DNA of 64,000 nucleotides from Nitrosarchaeum sp. (GCA_965223865.1 OZ245020.1:1568001-1632000), one strand, 5' to 3'. Shown: positions 17,774 through 28,124, counted from the first letter of the stretch. Numbers and translations are program-made. Notes: generated from the sequence alone by a model not told the origin.

Positions 17774-20219
17774 TTTTTGCCTCCCTGACCTTGCTTGGAG
17801 GAGTCCATCTCTTTAGGAGTAGAGAGCTAGATACAACAGAGACAGAACTTGCAGCCATTGCTAATCCTGCAAGTGCAGGATAGAGCAATCCAATTCCGGC
17901 TACAGGAATCAAAATTGTATTGTAAACAAATGCATAAAACAAATTGTATTTTATTTTGCTGATTGTTTTTTTGCTGATTTCTATTGCAGAAACCACATCT
18001 TTTAGCTCTTCTCTTACAAGAATAATCATTCCAGCTTCCAAAGCAATGTCTGTACCACCTCCAATTGCAATTCCAACATCAGATTGAGTAAGTGCTGGAG
18101 CATCATTGATACCATCCCCAACCATTGCAACAATTTTTCCTTGATCCTGAATTTTTTTTACTTCATCAACTTTTTCTGAGGGAATAACGTTTGCCACAAT
18201 TTTTTCAATACCCAAGTCCTTCCCAATTGTCTTTGCAGTTTTTTCATTATCGCCTGTTAGCATTACAACTTCAATTCCTAACTTTTTTAACAAAGAAACA
18301 GTTTCTTTGGAGTCTCTTTTTGGCATATCTAAAAATGAGATAATACCTATCGGTTTGTTATCCAATGCGATTATTGAAACAGTCTTTCCTTGTTCTTGCA
18401 GTTTGATAACATCTTGCATTGCATTTTTGATTTCAATTTTTTCTTTTTCAAACAACTTTGGATTTCCAACAACAATTGTTTTATTTTCAAAAGTAGCTCT
18501 TACCCCACCTCCTGGAATGGATTCAAATGTGTCAGGATCTTTTACATCAATTTTGTTTTTTATTGCTTGTTTGACTACTGATTTTGATAGAGGATGCTCA
18601 GAATTTTTTTCGGCAATAGCTGCAAATCGTAAAACATCAGATTTTTCAATTGGCACATCTTGTTTCACAGTAAGAATATCTGAAATCTTTGGTTTTCCTT
18701 CTGTCAGAGTTCCTGTTTTATCAAAAACAATTGTCTGAACTTTGCCCAACAATTCAAGTCCTTGACCACCCTTGAAAATTACTCCATTTTGGGCAGCTTT
18801 TCCCATCCCCACCATGACTGCTGTAGGGGTTGCCAACCCCAATGCACATGGACATGCTACCACAAGGATAGCCACAGTAGGAATAATTGCAGCCAATATC
18901 AAGCCAGGAGCTCCAAAGAAATACCATGCAAGAAAAGTAATTATTGCCACGCCTATTACAATGAATGAAAAATATCCTGCAATTTTGTCTACCATCTTTT
19001 GCATTGGAGGTTTTCGGCCCATTGCGTCTTCAACCAATCCAACAACTTGAGAAAGGAACGTGTCACTTCCAACTTTGAGTGTCTTTAACAATAACGAACC
19101 TTCTTTGTTGATAGTTCCCCCAATGACTTTGTCATTGATCTTTTTAGTTACGGGCAAGGACTCGCCAGTTACCATGGATTCATCCACTGCTGAAATTCCT
19201 TCAATTACAATAGAATCTACGGGGATTTTTTCTCCAGGCTTAACAATTACAATATCTCCTTGCTGTAATAGTTCAATGGGAATATCTTCTTCGTTTTCTC
19301 CTCTTTTCACTCTAGCAACCTTTGGTTGAAGCTCTAACATTTTTCGGATAACTGAGGATGCCTTTCCTTTGGTTTTGTTTTCCAGATATTTTCCCAATAA
19401 AATGAATGTGATCACCATGACTGCTGCCATGTAATGAATATTTTCCCATACTGGAATAGGAAATGTGTTGACTGCGCTGAAAACATAAGCAGTTGTTGTT
19501 CCAAGAACAATCAGGGTATCCATGTTTGCTGATTTCATTTTGGCCATCTTGAAGGCACCGACATAAAATCGCCAGCCCATTCCAATCTGAACTACACTTG
19601 CGCATGCAAAAGAAAAGTAGGCTCCCTCAATTGTTCCTGCGTAAGGAAATCCAAGATACATTCTGGAGAGCTCACCTAAGAGTACAACAGGAATTGAAAA
19701 AATCACCCCAATAATAAACAGCCGTTTGATTTTTTTTGCTTCAATCTCTTCAGCAGAAGCTGAGAGATCTTCACTGAGAATTTCAAAACCTGAATCTGTG
19801 ACATATTTTCGAATGTCTGATAATGAAAGCAAGGCGGGATTGTATTCAACACGAATTTGCCCTGTTCCAAAATTTACGGATGAGAATCGTACACCTTCTT
19901 TTTTTGCCAACAAAGTTTCTAACTTTTGAGCATCACTGGCATCAGATATTCCTGATACTACCAACATCAATTTTTCATAAACTACTTTGTATCCTGCATC
20001 AGTAACTGCTTTTTCAAGTATGTCTAGGTTAACTTTAGATGGATCATATTGCATGACGGCTTTTTCAGCACCTAAATTAACATCACATTTTTCTACGCCT
20101 GGAATATTTGAAACATGTTTTTGGATTGCAGAAACACACCCTGCACAGGTCATTCCACCAATTTTTACTACTGCCCTTTTTTGAGACTCTAATTTTGATT
20201 TATTCATTTTATCCACCAT
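17766..20219 (-). CDS. copA: copper-translocating P1B-type ATPase
   Basis: GMTCAGC, TGES, CPC, DKTGT, SEHP, GDGIND, YN, MAASS. Confidence 0.97.
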   Translation of the reverse strand: MVDKMNKSKLESQKRAVVKIGGMTCAGCVSAIQKHVSNIPGVEKCDVNLGAEKAVMQYDPSKVNLDILEKAVTDAGYKVVYEKLMLVVSGISDASDAQKLETLLAKKEGVRFSSVNFGTGQIRVEYNPALLSLSDIRKYVTDSGFEILSEDLSASAEEIEAKKIKRLFIIGVIFSIPVVLLGELSRMYLGFPYAGTIEGAYFSFACASVVQIGMGWRFYVGAFKMAKMKSANMDTLIVLGTTTAYVFSAVNTFPIPVWENIHYMAAVMVITFILLGKYLENKTKGKASSVIRKMLELQPKVARVKRGENEEDIPIELLQQGDIVIVKPGEKIPVDSIVIEGISAVDESMVTGESLPVTKKINDKVIGGTINKEGSLLLKTLKVGSDTFLSQVVGLVEDAMGRKPPMQKMVDKIAGYFSFIVIGVAIITFLAWYFFGAPGLILAAIIPTVAILVVACPCALGLATPTAVMVGMGKAAQNGVIFKGGQGLELLGKVQTIVFDKTGTLTEGKPKISDILTVKQDVPIEKSDVLRFAAIAEKNSEHPLSKSVVKQAIKNKIDVKDPDTFESIPGGGVRATFENKTIVVGNPKLFEKEKIEIKNAMQDVIKLQEQGKTVSIIALDNKPIGIISFLDMPKRDSKETVSLLKKLGIEVVMLTGDNEKTAKTIGKDLGIEKIVANVIPSEKVDEVKKIQDQGKIVAMVGDGINDAPALTQSDVGIAIGGGTDIALEAGMIILVREELKDVVSAIEISKKTISKIKYNLFYAFVYNTILIPVAGIGLLYPALAGLAMAASSVSVVSSSLLLKRWTPPSKVREAKIA

Positions 20220-20291
20220 TGATTCTTCGCAATTCGTGTTGTTTTGGAAGTCAAAAAGAAAAAAAGAATTTACGCATATACACTTCTGAAT

Positions 20292-20588
20292 TTAGCTTGA
20301 ACCAGCAACAGAATTGAAGAATTTAGGTCCTTCAGGATCTCTCTCCATGTAACTTCTGGCTTGCTCATGCATTTTACCATGAGTTTCACTAGAATGTAGT
20401 TTGTCAAACTGTTCTTTGCTGTCCCATTCGGCTACAATTGTATATGTGCCCTCTTCGGATTCCAAAAGCCTTCTGGATACAAATCCATCATTTTTTGAAA
20501 TCTCCTTGTTTGATTCATTAAACCAATTCTTAAAATCAGCAATAGAATCTTTCTTTATTGGTACGTTGCTATGAATTGCTACGAACAT
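20292..20588 (-). CDS. antibiotic biosynthesis monooxygenase (ABM/IsdG-like) family protein
   Basis: GFVSRRLL....Y....EWDSKE.F....SETH. Confidence 0.85.
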   Translation of the reverse strand: MFVAIHSNVPIKKDSIADFKNWFNESNKEISKNDGFVSRRLLESEEGTYTIVAEWDSKEQFDKLHSSETHGKMHEQARSYMERDPEGPKFFNSVAGSS

Positions 20589-20757
20589 GTTGTAATTGTC
20601 ACATTTCCATAATTAAGGAAGTATCACAATTTCCAATGTTGGTTGTAGTGTTGGTTCATTCGATAAAAGTACCAAAAAGCTAAAGAAGGATTTGTGAGAC
20701 AGCAAGGTCTTAGCTATTTTTTGCTCTAACTTTTTGTTTAATTTTAAAATAATATCG

Positions 20758-22272
20758 TCATTTTATAATCATATCCAAAAAGATTGTTTTTACTACAAGT
20801 CCGTTTGATGCGCTAATTGCAAGTGTATGATTGCTTGATGACATGTTATCATTGGTCAGTGTCAAGTTTATGATCTTTGAATTTTCTATTTCGTTTAGAT
20901 CAATAGTATCCGAAGGAAATGATGATGTCATATTTACCAGCTTCCCTGAAATTCCTATCGAACTTGATGTAGTTAAGTGAATTTTGGAATGGTCACCATA
21001 GCTCCATAAATTTTCAAATTCTGTATTTTTTGATAATGTGATTTTTACCGTCTTTTTGGATTTGTCAAGTGGAGATTCAAACTCTATTATGTTAGTATCT
21101 GAGCTAATCTCAAAGGGAAGCAGCAAACTTTTATCCACAACCCCAATCTTTCCAAGATTCCACTCAGAAAACCAAAGGTTATCGTGATTGGTAGGATCCG
21201 TATCTATGTTAAGAATCTGAACCAAAAAACCATCTTTGGGCCTACTTTGAATCTCGTATTCTGTTAATGTGTTATCTGTCAAATTGAAAAAAGCCACTCT
21301 GTTTCCAGTGTGTTCATTGAACCATATCCCTTCATTATCGCCGCTTGCTCTTAGCCAAAAAGGCAGTGATGTTCCAACCTGTGATAGTGGAGAGGTGGGA
21401 TATCTCTTCCATTCTTTTGTACTCATATCATATTCAGTCAGAAAACTGGTTCCATGCTCAGTAGTCCATAATGTGTCATTTAGAATCAGAATATCTGTGG
21501 GGGATGCTGGAAAAAGACTTTCATGGTCGGGGATTTCAAGGGATTTCTTTAGATCTAAAACATCACCAAATTCATCTCTAATCACTAAAAATTTTACAAT
21601 CTTGTTATCTGTTATTTGAGAGACCCATACAGCATCTTCTGATTTATCTAAAACTATTCCACTGGGTCCTGTATTTTCTCCAACATCAAATTCTGAAATC
21701 TCAAATATGTCTAGATTAGGATTTTTTTGTACAACTCCAACTTTGTTACTTTGCAAAGCAGTGTACCAGATTTCCCCTGTATTAAGATCGGACTTCATCT
21801 GAAAGGGAGCAACACTTGTGTAATTGAAAGATGTAAATTTTTTTGTTTCAGGATTGAATTGCAGTAGGTGATTAGCACCTGTTCTTGAAAACCAAATTGT
21901 TCCATCATTATTTTGTAGTATTGACCATGTCATCTAGTTATTGTCATTTTGATCAATATTGTTTTGATTGATCAAATATGATGCAATTATCTTCTCACTT
22001 GCAGGATCAAAATGCACCAATCGAGGAAGATTTGTGTCTGTAATCCAAATTGTACCTTTTTCATCTATCTCAATTGCATTGGGAAATACATTTTCTTGTA
22101 ACTGATATTCTTTTACATATGAGATTTTTTGCTTTGGCTCATTGAAATGTGGCACATTTATTGGAATAGATTCAATATCATCCGATTCTTGTGATGTTAA
22201 TTCATCAGCAATAAAGTATGAAACAATTGCAATAATGCCAATCATTATTGCAATAGCCTGAACTCTTCTCAT
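20758..22272 (-). pseudogene. Vgb/NHL-like beta-propeller membrane protein interrupted by an in-frame TAG
   Basis: ORFs 21934-22272 and 20758-21933 are in the same frame, separated only by TAG; IW(F/I)T/S and WFNEH propeller repeats run across the junction. Confidence 0.78.
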
Positions 22273-22419
22273 TTAGTATGCCTCATTAGATATTCAATCA
22301 TGACTAATTTTGATTTTTATGACCTGCAAGCAAAAGATACAAACATCATAGTAAACATTCCAGATTTTTCGTTCACATCCACAATTACAACAACATTTCT
22401 TGTCTTGCAAGGCTAGCTT

Positions 22420-22938
22420 TTACTCATTGTATTCAAAAAATTCTTCACATTTGTAACAGTATAATCTATGTGTACCATCAGTCAGTTCTGTCTTGACAAG
22501 ATCAACTTCAGTATGAAGAGGACAGGTTCCCTTGATTTGTTCATTTGTTGAGAATCTAAAAAAACGCAAAATATCGGTTGCTGTAATGATGCCGGAAATC
22601 TCTCCTGCATCAAAAACTGGAATCTTTCTTATCTTTTTTTCAATCATGATATCAGATACTTGCAAAACTGACTCTTCAGGTGAAACATGAATAACAGGTG
22701 AAGTCATTACTTCAGAAATTTTTGTAGATGGAGAAATTTCATTGGAAATTACTTTGACTGCAAAATCTCTTTCAGTCATAATTCCAACAGGTTTGCTATT
22801 CTTCATTATTACTACTGAACCAACTCCATCATCTTCCATTATTTTTGCTGCTTGTTGTATGGTGTGTTCTGAATGAACCATCTCCACATCTTTTGTCATT
22901 AAATTTTTCACTGGAATTTTTGAAGGATCATTTCTCAA
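22420..22938 (-). CDS. CBS-pair protein with C-terminal zinc knuckle
   Basis: GIMTERDF, GIITATDI; CPLH...CYKC. Confidence 0.9.
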   Translation of the reverse strand: MRNDPSKIPVKNLMTKDVEMVHSEHTIQQAAKIMEDDGVGSVVIMKNSKPVGIMTERDFAVKVISNEISPSTKISEVMTSPVIHVSPEESVLQVSDIMIEKKIRKIPVFDAGEISGIITATDILRFFRFSTNEQIKGTCPLHTEVDLVKTELTDGTHRLYCYKCEEFFEYNE

Positions 22939-23015
22939 GATAAACAAGATATACTTCAAATCAATTTAACATACAAGATAATTTTCAAACTTGAAAGAAA
23001 CTATATGCTGTACAA

Positions 23016-23321
23016 TTACTCTTGAAAATAAAAAGTATCGTATTTTTCATGTAATTTTCTTACTTGTTTTTTACAAATAATCCAGAATTGTTTGTATTCT
23101 CCGTCAGTCATTGAACGTCCGTAACTGGAATAAAACCACTTTACAAACTCATCTTCTATTTTGCCAAACACAAATCCCAGATGAAAGTCCTCTGAGATTT
23201 TTATTCCAAATTGTCTTTTTGGTTGTAAATCGTCCCATCTTGAAGACATTCCTTCAAAGGAGTACTGAGAATTTTCAAGTAGGTTTTCTAGATATTTTAT
23301 TGCAGTATCTTCAAGTTTCAT
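23016..23321 (-). CDS. hypothetical protein
   Basis: 101-aa ORF directly downstream of the propeller gene. Confidence 0.7.
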   Translation of the reverse strand: MKLEDTAIKYLENLLENSQYSFEGMSSRWDDLQPKRQFGIKISEDFHLGFVFGKIEDEFVKWFYSSYGRSMTDGEYKQFWIICKKQVRKLHEKYDTFYFQE

Positions 23322-23331
23322 GCTTATGATA

Positions 23332-24912
23332 TTATTCTAGAATTGTTCCCCAACCACGCTCAGCAAGCTTCTTTGCAGTGGCAGGAAGGGTGCATGCAAT
23401 CTTGCCCTTTATGCTCTCAATCCAAACTTTACCTTCACAGATAATGTCTTTTGACATCATTTCAGGCTCTGTAGTCATTGTGCTTTGTAATGATTCACCT
23501 ATCTCTTGTGCAGATATGGTTCCAGAAACTGTCATGGTTTGTGCATTTTTTGGTATTTGAAGCGAGATCATACGTGTCTTTTCGCCCAGTTTGAATTCCT
23601 CATGAGTGATAGAATTTCCATCTAATCTTACATCAAACTTTGCGTCATCGCCATCACTTTGTTTTGCATCCAAGACATTTCGTGGAATTTGTATGGCAAC
23701 TTTTCCTCCATCTTCTGTTTCTAGATTTAGCATAAGCATGTTTGATTGAGTGTTAACAAATGCATCAGATGCTGTGACATCCTGTCCATGAAAGTGAATC
23801 AAATCCAAAAAGACAGCCGGGGTCTCGAGTGTAACTACAGGCAATGAAATAGAAATTGATTCAGGTCCCAATATCAAAATCTCATCAGTTGCCTTTAAGG
23901 ATGCATAAAACTTGTGTGTGTTTGGATTTACTTCAAGATCCCATGATTTAGAGTCAACATCCCAACTTGAGACAATCTCATTTGTGTTGCCATCTATTTT
24001 TACAATCTTGTTTTGTGTAAGATAAGAAGCAAAAATTTGGTGTTCTGCCGTATCCACCGCAATTGCTTGTGCCCTATCACCTAGAGAAATAGTATCAACA
24101 ACTTCTTTTTCTAAAATGTTGATAACTGTAATACAGTCGCAGCCTCGATTAGTTACATAAGCTAGATGCCATAATGGATCAATATCTAAACCCCAAGGAG
24201 CTCCCAAAACTTGAATAGTTTCAGTAATTTGATGTACTGGAGTAGAAGAGTGTTGTGTACGCGGCACTTGCTCTAAAAATGAAATTTCATTTCCTGCAAG
24301 ACTTGCAACGATTACGGTATTAGTTATAGGGTCTGCACGTACAGTAAATGGATGTCTTGGCACAGGCACAGTTTCAATTACTTCATCGTTATTTCCGTCT
24401 ATGACGTAAATCAAATGTGAGTTGTAATCGGCCACGTAAAGTAGTTGGTTTGTTGGGTTGTAATCAATCGACCAACCACCTGTTAGAAAGTGCAAATCTG
24501 ATCTATGTCCATAAGGTTGGTTTGATGTGGTCTGAATTGTAATCTCAGATTCTGGCAAAGGAATGGTCTTTATGAGTAGTTTTGTGCTTAATGCGTAGAC
24601 GTCAATGCCTCCACTCTCAAATGCAGCAACGTAAATCTTATTTTTATCAGGAACTGGCTTGATGTCCATTATTCCTGATGAGGACGTGGTGATAAAACCA
24701 GCATCTTTGTTATTTTTTATATCAATTATTGATACTCGTGGATACTCAAAACTTGACACATAGAGGGAATCATCTACTAGTGCCATGTTCATTGGAGTAC
24801 CTGTAACAGGGATTTTTTCTAAGACATGATGAGCAAAAGCACTTTCTTCTTGATTAGCATAAACTGAGAATGTAATTACAAAAATTAAGATACTTACTAG
24901 AAGAATTTTCAT
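23332..24912 (-). CDS. secreted YVTN/YncE-type beta-propeller
   Basis: LYVS, IYVA, LYVAD, AYVTN repeats; signal peptide from MKILL; QIPRNVLDA thaumarchaeal domain. Confidence 0.88.
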   Translation of the reverse strand: MKILLVSILIFVITFSVYANQEESAFAHHVLEKIPVTGTPMNMALVDDSLYVSSFEYPRVSIIDIKNNKDAGFITTSSSGIMDIKPVPDKNKIYVAAFESGGIDVYALSTKLLIKTIPLPESEITIQTTSNQPYGHRSDLHFLTGGWSIDYNPTNQLLYVADYNSHLIYVIDGNNDEVIETVPVPRHPFTVRADPITNTVIVASLAGNEISFLEQVPRTQHSSTPVHQITETIQVLGAPWGLDIDPLWHLAYVTNRGCDCITVINILEKEVVDTISLGDRAQAIAVDTAEHQIFASYLTQNKIVKIDGNTNEIVSSWDVDSKSWDLEVNPNTHKFYASLKATDEILILGPESISISLPVVTLETPAVFLDLIHFHGQDVTASDAFVNTQSNMLMLNLETEDGGKVAIQIPRNVLDAKQSDGDDAKFDVRLDGNSITHEEFKLGEKTRMISLQIPKNAQTMTVSGTISAQEIGESLQSTMTTEPEMMSKDIICEGKVWIESIKGKIACTLPATAKKLAERGWGTILE

Positions 24913-25246
24913 GATTTTTGTAAAAAAATACAAAATAAAAGAGAGCATCACAATTTCCAATTTTGGGTTTTAGAAGATATTCGGATTTGAAAACTCTGAA
25001 AATAAAAAAACAGATCCGTTATATCTAGAATCAAGCATATTATTTTGATGATAATACACTGTGAATGTGGAATTTGTAGACACCAAGTTGAACCTGAATG
25101 CATCGAAAAAGAATGTCAGTGTTGTTCTAATTTCCACTTGCGTTCTGGATAACACGCTGAAATTTTAATTATAATCAGAACTTGTAGTTTTACAAGTTTT
25201 ACTAAAAAGAATTATTTCATCTGTTATCCACTAGATCTGAAATTTC

Positions 25247-25597
25247 TTAACTTCGGATAATCGGACTTGCTCTACCAGATATTTTCACAATATCAGAATC
25301 AGATGCAATTTTAGCTACTTGTTCTAAGTTCAACCTACTCATTGCAAGAAGAGCAGTTTCAGCCGTGGATTCTGCTTCCAATGCAAACTTGTCTCTTAAT
25401 TCATTGAGTTTCCTATTCATATCCAAACCTGATTTGTATTCTATGACAAGAGTCACTTGAGGTTCTTTGACGTATTCCGAAGCCAGTTTTCTTTCCAGAT
25501 ACATTACTCTATGTACAAAATTAGGATCTACATTTGGTAATTTGCTTTGCAGGTTTGACAAGTACTGATCGTAAATAGATTCTATTTCTTGACTCAT
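25247..25597 (-). CDS. hypothetical protein
   Basis: 116-aa ORF with TATA ~24 nt upstream. Confidence 0.7.
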   Translation of the reverse strand: MSQEIESIYDQYLSNLQSKLPNVDPNFVHRVMYLERKLASEYVKEPQVTLVIEYKSGLDMNRKLNELRDKFALEAESTAETALLAMSRLNLEQVAKIASDSDIVKISGRASPIIRS

Positions 25598-25678
25598 GAC
25601 ATATCAACCATTTCGATAATTATAAAACAAATTGATGAATATCACATATGATTTTCAAATTACAATAAATGCTATGGT

Positions 25679-26086
25679 TTAGAACCAAAAAGTATTTCCA
25701 TTTTTCATTACTGACAATTGCGAAGAACTTTGATATTCTGATGCACCATGCCAGTGAATAGTGCCAGAAGGAATCAACACTGCATCATTTTCTTCTAATT
25801 CAATTGATTTTTCTATTCTGAGATTTGCCTTTGTATTGTCACTGATGGGGTCAATTCCAGAATATGCAACAAGATGACCTTTTCCTTTAATGGCAACAAT
25901 AATCTGATCAGAGTCATGAAGGTGGAGTTTTGATCTTGAACCCTTCTCAAAATCAATAAAGTACATCTTTAATTCTGATGTGGATAGTTTTTCAGATAAT
26001 CTGTTTAGTCTAATTTTGCCTAGCTTGTGACCCGTTTTATCAATTTCTAACTTTTGATTGATTTTGATTTTCTTAATGCTGTTCAT
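25679..26086 (-). CDS. cupin domain protein
   Basis: HLHDSDQ...G.G and IPSGTIHWHGA; start MNSIK overlaps the stop of the upstream peptide gene. Confidence 0.88.
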   Translation of the reverse strand: MNSIKKIKINQKLEIDKTGHKLGKIRLNRLSEKLSTSELKMYFIDFEKGSRSKLHLHDSDQIIVAIKGKGHLVAYSGIDPISDNTKANLRIEKSIELEENDAVLIPSGTIHWHGASEYQSSSQLSVMKNGNTFWF

Positions 26087-26195
26087 GAATTGGGTGTCTT
26101 GTTCCATCTGGATGAATGCATTCGCCATTCTCATGTTTATGGGTACTCTTATCTCCCTTGCAATGCTCATCTGAGCAGTTACATTCAGTTGCCAT
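26073..26195 (-). CDS. 40-aa His/Cys-rich peptide
   Basis: MATECNCSDEHCKGDKSTHKHENGECIHPDGTRHPIHEQH; paralog of 12301; operator 2 and TATA upstream. Confidence 0.8.
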   Translation of the reverse strand: MATECNCSDEHCKGDKSTHKHENGECIHPDGTRHPIHEQH

Positions 26196-26306
26196 GTGTG
26201 CCATGAAGCTAATGTATTATTAAAAAAGATTTATGATTTCCACCAATGATTTCCAAAAAAGGATTTTGTGTCTCTGTTCTAAATATGGTATTTTACAATT
26301 TTCTAC

Positions 26307-26564
26307 ATGATTCGAGGAGCCCCAAAATTTGTAATGATTGCGTTTTTTGCAATAGGAGTGCTGTTCATTGGATTCTCATTATGGGCCTTGTATCTGACTG
26401 ATATTCCACAAGAACAATTCCTAGAAGATCCGAGATTTGAAGAGGAGTACGTCAAATATTATCAATGGTTGACAATATTTGGGATCGTATTGGTAGCAAT
26501 AGGAGGAGTTTTAGCAGTTCTAGGACGCAAAATGATAGGCAATAAACGATTTAAATTGCAATAA
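26307..26564 (+). CDS. small 2-TM membrane protein
   Basis: Two hydrophobic helices. Confidence 0.75.
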   Translation: MIRGAPKFVMIAFFAIGVLFIGFSLWALYLTDIPQEQFLEDPRFEEEYVKYYQWLTIFGIVLVAIGGVLAVLGRKMIGNKRFKLQ

Positions 26565-26699
26565 ATTATTTTATTACCATTTGTTTAATGCATTTCTTTT
26601 TCAGAAAATCTTTAGTAAAATCATAGGAATAGACAGTTGTGAGGCCTCATTGCGAAAAAATCTGGTGGCAGATGAGGTCAAAAACAAATTCTAACCATA

Positions 26700-26966
26700 T
26701 TATTTTTTATTTTTCTCGATGTCATCAACAAGCAACTCATCTCCAACATAGATGTACGCAAAAAGCTCCTGGTTTCCAGTTGTCTCTATTGTCATCCATC
26801 CTGTGGGACCAAGTCCCTCCAGAACATACATTGTCTCTACCTTGGATGTGTTTCTGTCAATTACCTTGACCCTTGTCCTCTGTATGATTATCTCTTCAGA
26901 ATGTGAAAAGATCCGGATCGGCTCCTGTTTGCCGTCCTTGTTAATTCTGACTAGTTGAATCTTCAG
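26700..26966 (-). CDS. 88-aa hypothetical protein, probable CTG start
   Basis: Open frame LKIQLVRINKDGKQEPIRIF...DDIEKNKK; AAGGTG upstream. Confidence 0.55.
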   Translation of the reverse strand: MKIQLVRINKDGKQEPIRIFSHSEEIIIQRTRVKVIDRNTSKVETMYVLEGLGPTGWMTIETTGNQELFAYIYVGDELLVDDIEKNKK

Positions 26967-27103
26967 TTAGCAGCACCTTCATTGAATGCAAAGTTAATGC
27001 CATCTTGTTTGAGACAAACCAAATTCAGATTATCCAAACCACTCATTGTTGTGGTATACTATTAGTATACTATTGCATATATACTTTTAGTATACCGGGA
27101 TTT

Positions 27104-27256
27104 ATGGGCATTGTGAAGAGCATAGAGATTGTTACTAGAGTTTCCAACATGGGAGACAAAAAGATCATAATTATACCAAAACACTATCATGAACTACTGA
27201 AAAAACGCAATCTTTTGGACAAGGAAATAGCTGTTACACTGGAACAGCTTACCTAA
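27104..27256 (+). CDS. small AbrB-like (swapped hairpin) DNA-binding protein
   Basis: RVSNMGDKKIIIIPK...IAVTLE. Confidence 0.6.
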   Translation: MGIVKSIEIVTRVSNMGDKKIIIIPKHYHELLKKRNLLDKEIAVTLEQLT

Positions 27257-27450
27257 TTAGTGTTAACATAATCAAGTAGGAACATACAGTGTTAACATAA
27301 GCAATTGAATTTGTGCGCAATTCTTATCTACGATCATTGTGTTATTACTGTCTCATGAGGGAAAGCATGTCAACCCAATTAGAATTCCATATAAAAAACA
27401 GCAAGATGTCAACGCTGAGGCTTACCTATATTCAGAGGTAGGTAATCAAG

Positions 27451-28005
27451 CTGCCTGGCAAAAAGATACACCAGTTAAACATACGGTTAAACCAGAACAA
27501 TTACGACATGCTAAACAAAATATCAAAGGATAAAAACCAAAGCCCAAGCACAGTGGGTTCACAAATAATATCACAGTGGATTGAGTTCTACTATTACAAG
27601 ATACATCGGGGCGATGTAATTTTTTCAAGACATGTAATCAAAAAGTTAATCAGTATTTTGGACAAGTCAAAGATTGAAAAGGTTTCTGAATTTATGGCAA
27701 ACCATATCATAAAAGAGATACGACTACAGGAAGGCAATGTCACATATCCTGTATTGACTGAGCACATTCTAAAATGGAACAGGGGAAACAGTCTAAAACT
27801 AAACAAGATAACAAAAAAAGATGCTGGCAACTACAATGATTCCTCAGACATGTTTATCTCAAAACACAGCCTTGGATGCAACTGGTCTGAGCTAGAATGC
27901 AAGACATACACAAAAGCCTTTGAGAAGATAGGACAAACGGTGACATCAATCGAATATGATGAGGATAGTTTTTGTTTTAGTATAACCAACAGATATAACA
28001 AATAA
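27451..28005 (+). CDS. RHH regulator related to 4849-5376, probable CTG start
   Basis: Frame open upstream of 27508: PGKKIHQLNIRLNQNNYDMLNKISKDKNQSPSTVGSQII completes an RHH. Confidence 0.68.
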   Translation: MPGKKIHQLNIRLNQNNYDMLNKISKDKNQSPSTVGSQIISQWIEFYYYKIHRGDVIFSRHVIKKLISILDKSKIEKVSEFMANHIIKEIRLQEGNVTYPVLTEHILKWNRGNSLKLNKITKKDAGNYNDSSDMFISKHSLGCNWSELECKTYTKAFEKIGQTVTSIEYDEDSFCFSITNRYNK

Positions 28006-28040
28006 TAAAACACAACAATTTTTTGCAAAAAATTATGCGT

Positions 28041-28078
28041 AAATGCTAGCATTTGTAGCATTTCTAGCATTTGTAGCA
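28041..28078. repeat. 9-bp tandem repeat with 14-bp palindrome upstream of the tfb-like gene
   Basis: tagcatttg/tagcatttc/tagcatttg/tagca; aaatgctagcattt. Confidence 0.85.
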
Positions 28079-28124
28079 AAGATAACATGGGTGGTTATAT
28101 GCAATTGGCACCATACCATGTTGC

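Noticed and set aside
21934-21936. Pyrrolysine read-through of TAG
   Set aside because: No pyl genes in the window and not expected for this lineage.
22276-22410. Cys-rich fragment (CCCNCGC)
   Set aside because: The Cys pattern continues only after frameshifts; cannot support a gene.
24970-25155. 61-aa ORF
   Set aside because: No motif, promoter or paralog support.
26565-27000. Internal att site at the cargo/backbone boundary
   Set aside because: No copy of the CGCCAGGTAAG core seen by eye; a computed scan is still needed.
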